Shown one piece after another: positions 31,690 through 40,936 of a DNA stretch of 64,000 bases (position 1 is its first letter; each line of letters starts with the position of its first letter). Below the pieces are notes generated by a model, which worked only from the letters and a program-made list of their open reading frames with translations, made no database searches and was not told the DNA's origin. The stretch is taken from positions 209,568 to 273,567 of the forward strand of contig CAWJKT010000008.1 of the NCBI GenBank assembly GCA_963843375.1, in the 5' to 3' direction. This DNA comes from an uncultured Pseudomonadota bacterium (lineage in GTDB: Bacteria; Oederibacteriota; Muellerivitia; Muellerivitales; Muellerivitaceae). A program made the position numbers and the translations under genes.

Positions 31690-34600
31690 TTAATCCTCCC
31701 CCCTCTTCTCTTTTTTATACAAATGCTCTATCCTCTTCAGGAAAACCGGAAGCAGGGTCAAGCTGAGGGTCATTGAGGCGCCCAAGCCGCCCAAAATGGC
31801 CACCGCGAATGGCCGCGCAGTCTCCGATCCGATGGCATGGGACATGGCCGCCGGGAGCAACCCGATGATGGCTACACCGTTTGAAATCAGGATGCTTCGA
31901 CCCTTTTCCAGCAGGGCCTTGGATGCATCCCGGGTTTTGACAAATGCCGAAATGATCATCATGGCAGTTAAAAAGGACACCCCGATGCGGATGATACCCC
32001 CGGCCGCCGCCGAGATGCTGAGGTTCAACCCCGCCAACCGCAGGGCCGCCAGACCCCCCACGGTGGCAAAGGGGATTTCCCAAAGCAAGATCGCAAGCAA
32101 GACCCAGTCCTTAAACCAGGTATATATGATGGCGATCATGACAACCAGGCAGATTGGCACGATGATGCTCAACTGGCGGCTGGCTCTTTCGGCGTTCTCG
32201 AAAGTGCCTGACCAGTTGTACCAGTAATGGGGCGGAAACTTGACCCCAGCCTTGATCTGGCTGTCGGCGTCGTTCACGAAATCCACCACCGCCCTTCCTC
32301 GCACCGAGCATTTGCAGGCCACGCGCCTTTCCCCTTCTTCGCGGTAGATATGCGAGATGCCGTTAACCACCTTGGCGTCGGTCACCTCGCCCATGGGCAC
32401 ATAGCCCCCGTTGGGCATCTGTATGGGGATGGAATTCAGGACGTTCGGGGTGATAACGGGCGGCAGGTCGGGCTTGACCAGGATATCCACGTAGCGACCC
32501 TGCTTGTCCACCATTTGACCAACCCACTTACCCGAAAGGCAGGTGGAAAGCACATCTTCCGCCGTGGCCACCTGGATTCCGTAACGATCCAAGGCGTCCC
32601 GGTTCATCACATACTGCAATTCGGGTTGTTCCAAAAGCTGTTCTTCGTCAACGTCCGTGCCACCGGGGGTCTTTTGCAAGATCGCCTCACACTGGTCCGA
32701 GAGATTTTGAAGGGTCCGGATATCCGGGCCGTGGATCTTGAGGGCCAATTCACCCATGACTCCGGTGATGAGCCTCGTCTACGTTGTCCTTGATGTATTG
32801 GGAATAATAAAAGTCCACCCCATCAATGTCCTTTTCCTGTTCCCGGATCAGATTGTCGAACCCCTCGATCGAATCGGCGCTTTTCCATTCTTCCGGGTCT
32901 CCCAAGTCCACCTGGATTTCGTCCGTGTCCAGCCCATTGATGTCGCTTCCGTCATCGGGTCGCCCGATACTGGGAAACCACCGACTTGACCTCGGGGATC
33001 CGCATCATCCGTACCCTTATTTCATGGGCCAGTTGAACCGACTTCTCCCGGGAAATGGTGGGCGGGGCGAAATAGCGGATCCAAAGATTGCCCTCGTTCA
33101 TCTGAGGCAAAAATTCCGTGCCCATTCCCCAATTGAGGGCAACGATGGCGGCTAGAAGAACAAAGCCCGCGATCCAGGCGATATATTTGAACCCGTTGAA
33201 CCAAAGCATGACGCGGTTGCAGCGGTGCAATATCCAATGGAAGACCACGTCCGATTTGCTGTTCTTGACACCGATGGGCGCCCAGGCCGCGCACATGGGA
33301 AGGAAGATGAAGGCACCCAGCTGTCCGCCCGCCAGAGCGGAAACCAGCGTGATGCCCAGGGGCCGGAATATTTTGCCCTCGATGCGCTGGAGGCTCAATA
33401 TGGGGATGAAAGCGATGAGCAGCAGGAAGGCGCAAAGCAGGGCGGGCCCCAGAACCTCGGAAAGGGCCAGGGCGTTTTCCTCGTCGTCCTTTCGTTTTTG
33501 CCGGGCCAGGGTAACGGTCAGGGCCTCGGCCCCGAAAACCGCAGTCTCAACGATGATGCCGAAGTCCACCGCGCCCAGGGAAATCAGATTGGGGTTATAC
33601 CCGCAGAAGTGCAGCCCCACGAAGGCCATTAAGAGCGCGAAGGGGATGATCATGGCCACACCCGCCGACATGGCCCAATATTCCACACCAAAACCCAAGA
33701 TCAAAAGCGTGCAGACCAAGGCGACCCCGAACATGACATTGTGGAAGACCGTGCGGCTGCTGCGATGGATGAGGTCTCCCCGGTCGTAATAGGGGTGAAT
33801 CTGGCAGCCCTTGGGAAGGACATCCTCGTTGAGATGTTTGACCATCTTGTGGATGGCGGCCAAGGTTTCCAATTCATTGGCGCCAACCCGCACATTGATG
33901 AGGGACCGCACCACGTCGTCCCGCAGGCCCTCGCCCGACTGCCCCAAGCGTTGGTGGTGGCTGATGACCACCTTTCCAATGTCCCTAACTCGGATGGGCG
34001 TGCTGCCGTTGGTGGCGATGACCGCGTTTTCCAGGGCAATGGGGTCGGCGTAAAGTCCGATGGATCGCACAATGTAGGTTTCCTGGCCATGCGTGATCCA
34101 GTCCCCTCCGGCGTTCTGATGGTTATTACCCAGGTTCTGAGCGATTTGGGCGTAGGTGAGCCCCAGGGCCTTCATACGGGGGGTGTCGATTTGGATCTTA
34201 ATAACGCGGGTGGGGCCGCCCAAAGTTTCCACGTCAGCCACGCCCGGGAGGGTCTCGAAGGCACGGGTAATTTCCCAGTCCTGGTACATGCGTTGTTCGT
34301 CTACGGGCAGGTCGCCGTCCAGGGTGTAGCGGAAGAACTGGCCCGTGGGGGTGGCGTCGGCGTTGAGGCCGGGGGTAATCCCCGTGGGAAGGTTGGCGTT
34401 GCCCATGTAACTGGTGGTGTCGATGCGGGCTTTCCAGTCTGGAATGTCGTCGTTGAAGGTCAAAAGAATGGAGCTCAAGCCATATTCGGAGAGTGAGTTA
34501 GAATTGATGACGCCCGGTGTGCTGCGGGTGGCCACTTCCAGCGGCACGGTGATAAGGCGCTCAATCTCCTCCGCGGAGTGTCCGGGCCACTGGGTCTGCA

Positions 34601-34754
34601 CCTGCACTTGGACGTTTGTAAACTCGGGGAAGGCGATGATCTCGCTGTTGAAAGCAATAAAAGCGCCGTAGCCGATGATCCCTAGAAGCATGATGAGGAA
34701 GAGCACGAAAGCTTCTTTTTGGAACCGCATCCATTTTAAAATGATGTTAACCAT
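31690..34754 (-). CDS. CusA/CzcA-family (HME) RND pump 1, divergent; frameshifts near 32968 and 32772
   Basis: AEEIERLITVPLE, SLGAVDFG, EGKIFRPL, EFLPQMNEG; the segment between the two listed ORFs reads GRPDDGSD...DNVDEA in the third frame. Confidence 0.9.
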
Positions 34755-34821
34755 TTTTATTCCTTTGATTCCCGGCTTGATTCCATCGCCAGGCTTTTAA
34801 ACTATCTTGAAAACCGGTTTC

Positions 34822-35775
34822 TCAGCTGCCCCCGTAGATGCCGTTGATCTTGCTAAAGAGCAGCAGCGCTCCGTCCGTGCAAACCGAATCCCCCTCCTGC
34901 AAGTCCCCGGTCTTGACAGGCCGCACATCGCTGGTATCGTCCGTCTCGTTGACGATTTGCACCGGCACCGCCACTGCGTTTTTCTCGTCGCCCTTGAGCA
35001 CGTATTGCACTTCCTTGCGAAACACGATGGCCGAGGTGGGAATCTTCAGGACGGGCTGAGCCGCCCCGGTTTCCACCGTGCCGTAAACCAGTTCCGAGAG
35101 GTTGACCCCGGCGGGTAGCGGAACGGGCCTAAGCCGCACGATGGTGGTACGCATGTTGGGGTCGATGGTGGGCACGATGGTCTCAATGGTGGAGGTGTAG
35201 GACGTTGTCGGGTCGGAGGCCAGTTGGAACGTGACCTTTTGCCCGATGTGCAGGTCCAAGACATATCTCTCGGCGATGTCTAGTTCCACCCGCAGTTTGC
35301 GCATATCCAGGATGTTGGCCAAGGGCTGACCCTGGTTGTAGATAGTGCCCGCACTGACAAGGTTTTGAAGGATCACACCGGTAAAGAGAGAGACGATCTC
35401 GTAATTTCCGTTTTCCACCTTGACCCCCAGTTGCTTTTCACGTTCGTTGGCCGCGTCGATCAGGTCCTGAAGGCCGTTTTTCTGGGCCAGGCGCTTTTCT
35501 TCAGCGAGGGATTCGCATTCCGAGTCGTTGACCAGGAAAAGCGGGGTGCCCGGCTCGACCTTATCCCCCTCCCTTTTGAGCACGGCCTCCACCCTTCCGG
35601 TGGTATTGGCCGACTGGTTCTTCAAAGCCCCCGTCTCGGGGATGGTCATACCCGTGACTCGAAGACCCGTGATCTCCTCCCCCGTCACAACCTTCGTCCA
35701 TTGGTATTCGGTGGCCCAGGACTGGGCTCCGGCTGCCAAGACCGCCGTTAAAATGAAAGCTGGAATGGTTTTCAT
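34822..35775 (-). CDS. RND periplasmic adaptor (MFP) 1
   Basis: Start MKTIPAF after AAGGAG; GRVE.V..EGDKV..G.PL lipoyl-like half, P.IDP..RT, IPTSAI, L.EGD.V..G. Confidence 0.88.
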   Translation of the reverse strand: MKTIPAFILTAVLAAGAQSWATEYQWTKVVTGEEITGLRVTGMTIPETGALKNQSANTTGRVEAVLKREGDKVEPGTPLFLVNDSECESLAEEKRLAQKNGLQDLIDAANEREKQLGVKVENGNYEIVSLFTGVILQNLVSAGTIYNQGQPLANILDMRKLRVELDIAERYVLDLHIGQKVTFQLASDPTTSYTSTIETIVPTIDPNMRTTIVRLRPVPLPAGVNLSELVYGTVETGAAQPVLKIPTSAIVFRKEVQYVLKGDEKNAVAVPVQIVNETDDTSDVRPVKTGDLQEGDSVCTDGALLLFSKINGIYGGS

Positions 35776-35800
35776 CGTCGTCTCCTTCTTAAAAATAAAA

Positions 35801-37347
35801 TTAATTTGGTTCCTTTGAACTTTTTCCCTCGTCCGTTCCCGCCGTGGGCTGGGGCGATGGGGTGGTTTGAATAGTTTCGTTCGAATCCGTCTGGTCTTTT
35901 CCGGCGGACGGTGTGTCCGCTGCCCCAACCTCCGCCGGGGTAGGGGCGGCCGTTGGCTCCAGGGGAGGGGGAGCCACCGGCGGGTTATTGGTTCCCAAAA
36001 AGTGAGGCGGGGTCGCAACGGCAGTGGGCGTTTCCTCCACTGGCGCGGGAAGAGCGCTTTTCGACGTCCCATAGGAAGCCGAAGACAAATAGGTGTCGAT
36101 ATTGGGGAGGTTTGAGGAATAATCAGTTTTTCCGCCCCAGACCGGTTCCTCGTCGCCCACTAATCCTGTCAGGCGGGCATTGACGATCTCCGCTCGGATC
36201 TGGATGTCTTCTTCCTTCGCCGCAGCATAGGTCTGATGGGCCAGCATCAGGGCGGTGAACTCGAACTGTCCCCTTTTGTAAGCCGCCACGGCCGCTTCCA
36301 TCATGGTTTCGGCCAAGATCAGGTCCCGGGAATGCAATTGGAGGTAACGGGCTTTGCTGCGCCGGTAGTCCTTGACACCCGCCTCTTGAGCCGAGTTGTC
36401 CTGCACCAGGTTGAATCGAGACATTTCCCGGGAGACCACGCCCTGGTTCTCGCTGCGCTGGGCTTCAGCCATTTCATGTAAAGGGAAAAGAATGGGGATG
36501 GTGATGGAAATAAAATAGTTGTAGTCGGTGCTGGCCCCGGTGGGGCTTGCGGCCAGGATGGAATAGAAGTCCTTGGAGATACCGAAGGTCGGATCCGGCA
36601 CCTGGTTCCAGAACCCCGTAGCCCGATTGGCCTCCCCAACGTCCACGGCGGCCCGGTCCCGCAATTGGGCCGAGGTCTTGTTTCCCAATTCCTGGACAAT
36701 GGAGGGGGACAGGTCCTCCGGCAGCTCAAATCCCGTCACCTGGCTGGGCGGAATACCCATCAGCCTTGCATAAACCTCCACGGCCGTGTCCAGTTGGTCC
36801 TCAGCGGTTTTGAGGTCCCTTTGCGCAGCGGTCATCTGGAAGCTCAGCGCTGATCTTGTTGACCTGGTTGGATTGGCCATGGACGTACTGATTCCGGATG
36901 GCGTCAGCGATGGTTTCCAGGTCCCGCACGTTTTGCTTTTGGAAGGCGATCATGGCCTGCGCCGTGGCGCCGTTCATATAGGCCTGCGTGATGCTGACCG
37001 CCAAATCGTATTTTTGGGCCGTGTATTCCCACCGCTGTTGCTCGGCTACCGCCGAATCCAATTGGGTGAAGGCCAGGCTTTTGAAGGGAATGGGATAGGT
37101 CAGAGAAAGGCCCCAAGTGTTGAAGGAGTTGTCGTAGTTGTTCACCCACTGGATCTGGGGTTCTTCGGGGATGAACCGCCTCCAGGTGTCGTCGGAATAG
37201 ATTCCGGCCAGGGATTTTTGGGCTTTCAATTGCGGCGGAATTCTCCCAAACGGCGTGGATGGCCTGTTCCAGTGTCAGGTTCTGAGCTTGTGCTACCAAA
37301 GCCAAGCCCCAAAAAATTGAACTGATAGCGTAAAGGATTTTTTTCAT
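35801..37347 (-). CDS. TolC-family outer membrane factor 1 with Pro/Thr-rich tail; frameshifts near 37230 and 36838
   Basis: Three overlapping ORFs join: signal peptide plus LTLEQAI, ...ITQAY...Y..G..., ITIPILF, AYKRG. Confidence 0.8.
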
Positions 37348-37991
37348 GTCAGTCGCCCGAAATAATTTTTGTACTTATGAACGTAATAAGCCGAAGCCAG
37401 TCCCAACACGACGTAGTCATCCATCAGTCCGAAAACCGGGATGTTGTCCGGAATCAGGTCCAGAGGGCACAAGAGGTAAAACAGTGCGCCGTAAGCCACC
37501 AGTTTGTCCCGACTGGAAATCCGTCCCTTGGACGAAAGGACCTTCATCAATGTTGAAATCCGTTCCCGCCAATCCCGGCCCAGTCGGCTGAAGGTCCATA
37601 TTTTTTCGTAATTCCCATCCACCTCGTTTTTGCGGCTTTCCTTGGAACCGATTTGGGAAAGGCCCACCATCAGCCGATCCGGCGAGAAACTGGGCCCTTT
37701 TTGGAGACTGTTCCCAAAGCCCAGGCTTTTCAGAATGGCCGTGAAGGATAGGTTGCGGGTTGTTTTGAGAACATATTGATAGGACGGTGAATCGATCGGC
37801 AAAATCCCCTCGAGCGCCATTTTATAGACGGCGTCCTGGATCCCCTTTTCGTAGAGGAGGCCGACATTTTCGCCGTGAGGCCTTTTCATCCAGCGCCGAA
37901 CGGTCATGTTGGAAATCCCCATTCGCTCGGCCAAAGCCTCGGGCGAAAGGCCCGTTTCCCGCATTAAATTTGTCAAAAGTGATATCCTCAT
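37344..37991 (-). CDS. Xre-like HTH fused to DUF1232 (YkvA) membrane domain
   Basis: GLSPEALAERMGISNMTVRRW at the N-terminus; ALFYLLCPLDLIPDNIPVFGLMDD at the C-terminus; ATGA overlap with tolC. Confidence 0.85.
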   Translation of the reverse strand: MRISLLTNLMRETGLSPEALAERMGISNMTVRRWMKRPHGENVGLLYEKGIQDAVYKMALEGILPIDSPSYQYVLKTTRNLSFTAILKSLGFGNSLQKGPSFSPDRLMVGLSQIGSKESRKNEVDGNYEKIWTFSRLGRDWRERISTLMKVLSSKGRISSRDKLVAYGALFYLLCPLDLIPDNIPVFGLMDDYVVLGLASAYYVHKYKNYFGRLT

Positions 37992-38016
37992 TCGGTCATC
38001 CTTACCTGGCGCATTT

Positions 38017-38494
38017 TTAAATGTTCATCAACTTCGGATTCGGCCGCCCCATGGGGCCGGAAATTCCCTCATCCCATTTCCAACTTAGTGCGACGAAAAA
38101 CTATTATTTTTTTTTTGGGCTTCTCGGTCGTTCGGATTTTTTGGCTCTCCACCGGGCCGCTCCCGGAGAACCCTTCCCCCTGCGGTTCCGGGAGGCGGCC
38201 GGAGGGCTTCCCATGATCCTTGGGCATCAAACTTTTCAGGAGCACTAGGGAGAGTCCCTTGGCGCTTCTCAAAACCAATTTGTAGGATTCCGAGTCGGTG
38301 GTTAATATTCCGTCATGCACCATCTGGTAAATGGCGTCGGGGAGAACCTTGTCGTAGATGGAGCGAACTCTCTTGGTGGGAGATTTTTTCATCCAGCGGC
38401 GCACGGTCATGTGCGAGACTCGAAGACGCTTGGCCAGCCGCTCGGGCGAAAGTTTTGTCTCGCGAATGAGAATTAACAAAAGTGAAATCTTCAT
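38017..38494 (-). CDS. HTH-only paralogue of the adjacent HTH-DUF1232 gene; probable indel near 38098
   Basis: Aligns by eye to the neighbour over the N-terminal ~90 aa. The listed ORF stops at 38069, but similarity resumes in another frame (LSWKWDEGISGPM vs LGRDWRERISTLM) to TAA 38017. Confidence 0.7.
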
Positions 38495-38791
38495 AGTTGC
38501 GCAATCTTACTGTAGAGCTCGATTAGGTTGTCATTAAGAGTTGGAGACCAATCGTTATGAAAAGATTAGAGGTGGGAAACTAACAAATGTTAACTTTATG
38601 GGCCATCGCCCTGAAAGAAGAACAAAATATGTCTCAAAAACAAATACGCGAGCAGTCAAGAATCTTCATGTTAAAAAAATATCCGTCACGTTATTTGAAA
38701 TAAAAAGGGTTAATCTTAGCCGGACCAAGTCGGGTTAAAAACGAGTCGGAAATAGTCCTATAGGACTCAGGCACCGATACAAGAAAAGGCT

Positions 38792-40135
38792 TTAAATTTC
38801 GAGATGGGCCCGGCCCGAGACGATCCCCACCGGTCCTCGGTCCTGGTTGTAAGCGGGATTGTTGACCCATTGAAAATCCAGGGTTAGACCGATTTCGTGC
38901 AGAGGATGATAGTTATAAAAGGCCTCCAGGATTTCCTCGGGGGCGTAATTCAGTCTCCCGTCTCCGATGTCGAAATCCACGCCACCGGCGGCCAGGTAGT
39001 CCTCATGCTGGGAGGAAAGCCCGTTGATCACCCCGCCTAGTCCGAACTGGTCATCGGGCCTGCCCCAACGATTGCCGGAAAGCAGGAATCCCGCCTGGGC
39101 GGTGCGGTCCACGGCAGTGAATTCCCAAGTTTCAGTCAAGCCGTTGTCCCAACCCAGCCGGGCGAAGGCCCCCAAATCCGGCCCCAATTCCTGTTCGGCA
39201 TCCAGGCCGAACCCGTACTTATCGCTGTAGGCCCGGGTTTGGGTCACTTCGGGCAGGGTGTCGGCGGCCTCCGCCAGGGATACTGCCTCGGAATAATTGC
39301 CCATGTCGGCGTCGTTGAGATAGGCCTGCAGTTTCACCTTGCCCGGATGACTGTTCAGGGCGTAACGAACCTCAAACTCGGCGTTATTTCCCTGGGCATG
39401 GGCGATATCCGTATCCAAGGATTCCCCGTTTGCAACCTGGGAAACCAGGGCACTGCAAAGACGCAGGGCCCAATCCTTCTGGTTCAATTCCAAATAGATG
39501 CCCCAGGTATAGCCCTGGATGTCCGCGGCGTAATCCCAGGCGCCGTTGTCCATCATGGTCCAATTCAGAAACTGGTTTCGAGCGTCGTGGTTGTATCGGT
39601 TGTCGTCGAAAAAATCCACGACACTGAATTTGCCCGCCACCAGGGTCAGGCGGGAAACATCAATTTTCTCGGTGAGCTGGTTTTGGTCGTCCTGGATAAC
39701 CTCTTGAACCCCGCCCAACCCAAAAACCTGTTTCCAGTAAGCCCGCGCCAAAATCACCTTTTCGCCGGGATTGGATATCCGGTAGATTTCCCCGTTGGGA
39801 AAACCGGCCAGACCCGTCACGTTGCTAAACCCGCGCCCCGTCGCTCCCTCGAAATCCAAGTAAAGAGCCCCGTCCTTCCAAAGCCTCCCACCCAAGAAAA
39901 GGGTCCAGGTGTTGGACATGTCCAATTCGGGGCTGTCGACCAAACTACCCGCTCCCGGATTTCCGGGATAAAGGGCATAAAAGGTACCGTGGTATTGGGA
40001 CACAATGGTCGTCTGGAAATGGGCGTTCCATAGCTGGGGAAAAAGGGGACTATCGGCAGGGGTTTCCTCCGCGCGGAGTAGAGCGGAAAAAGAAAAAAGC
40101 AAAATCAGCAGCAGGATTCTTCGGGCCGGGGTCAT
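38792..40135 (-). CDS. OprB-family porin, MnoP-like (high-affinity metal porin type)
   Basis: Signal peptide; GKFSVVDFFDDNRY.HD.R.QFLNW, GAWDYAAD..GYTWG, NPAYN.DRGPV; beta-strand C-terminus. Confidence 0.8.
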   Translation of the reverse strand: MTPARRILLLILLFSFSALLRAEETPADSPLFPQLWNAHFQTTIVSQYHGTFYALYPGNPGAGSLVDSPELDMSNTWTLFLGGRLWKDGALYLDFEGATGRGFSNVTGLAGFPNGEIYRISNPGEKVILARAYWKQVFGLGGVQEVIQDDQNQLTEKIDVSRLTLVAGKFSVVDFFDDNRYNHDARNQFLNWTMMDNGAWDYAADIQGYTWGIYLELNQKDWALRLCSALVSQVANGESLDTDIAHAQGNNAEFEVRYALNSHPGKVKLQAYLNDADMGNYSEAVSLAEAADTLPEVTQTRAYSDKYGFGLDAEQELGPDLGAFARLGWDNGLTETWEFTAVDRTAQAGFLLSGNRWGRPDDQFGLGGVINGLSSQHEDYLAAGGVDFDIGDGRLNYAPEEILEAFYNYHPLHEIGLTLDFQWVNNPAYNQDRGPVGIVSGRAHLEI

Positions 40136-40228
40136 GAAGCGTACCATATTCAATCTGAAATAACGCTTCAATGACAAAAATCACAAATGTTAATTCGAAG
40201 CGGGAATCCAACGGCGTCCCAAAAGCGG

Positions 40229-40936
40229 TTAGAGAACAGGCCATATCCAAAATACCAAACCCACCAGGGCGATGAAAGCGCCGCTTATTACCTCACCATA
40301 AAGCTCAAGAGGGCCCAGCTTTACCTGCCTCAAACCCTGGGTGGAATAGACACATAAAACCACGTAGGTCACGATGGTACTGAGGGCAAACACAACCGAC
40401 ATCACCAGAATAAGGCCCACCCCGTATTTACCCGCAGCGAAGAAGGCCGGGATTCCCTCCACCATAGGGGAGGAGCCGAGGATCAATATAAGTGCGGTGC
40501 GGTTGCTGGTTTTAGATGTATGGGAGTGCGGCTCAGGGTGGGAATGATGTCCCCGAGGGTGTTCTTCATCATGCTCATGGGAGTGAAATGGGCCTTGGGG
40601 ATGTCCATGTTCATCGGGCTGGCGTGTTTCCAGCCAGGATGAAACAGCGATCCAACCCCCGAAGCCCACCAATGCTAGGCTGGAAGCCAAATCGACCAGG
40701 TGGCCGAAACGCGCCGCCACAGCCACGCCTGCAACCCAAACCACCAAGGCGATCACCAAGGTGGATAGAACGTGCCCGGTTCCCGCTTTGAAAGCCGCGT
40801 TGAAAGTTTCAGCTTTCGACCATCCCCTTTGCCGGGCAATCAAGGTGATAGGAACCCAGTGATCGGGAACAATGGTGTGAAGCACCCCCACGGCGGCAAC
40901 CGCTCCGACCAGAATCAACTGGGGTGTGAGACTCAT
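40229..40936 (-). CDS. His-rich Ni/Co transporter (NicO/RcnA/UreH-like)
   Basis: LHTIVPDHW motif, GHVLST, His-rich loop, about 6 TMs; TAATG overlap with pump 2. Confidence 0.8.
   Translation of the reverse strand: MSLTPQLILVGAVAAVGVLHTIVPDHWVPITLIARQRGWSKAETFNAAFKAGTGHVLSTLVIALVVWVAGVAVAARFGHLVDLASSLALVGFGGWIAVSSWLETRQPDEHGHPQGPFHSHEHDEEHPRGHHSHPEPHSHTSKTSNRTALILILGSSPMVEGIPAFFAAGKYGVGLILVMSVVFALSTIVTYVVLCVYSTQGLRQVKLGPLELYGEVISGAFIALVGLVFWIWPVL

Noticed and set aside
35776..36072. Arg/Pro-rich N-terminal extension of MFP 1
   Set aside because: Alternative-frame read of the TolC tail; RBS and signal peptide place the start at 35775.
38520..38615. Fluoride riboswitch-like GGCGATGG...TAATGAC on the minus strand
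   Set aside because: The pseudoknot segment is missing, spacing is too long and there is no crcB/eriC gene.
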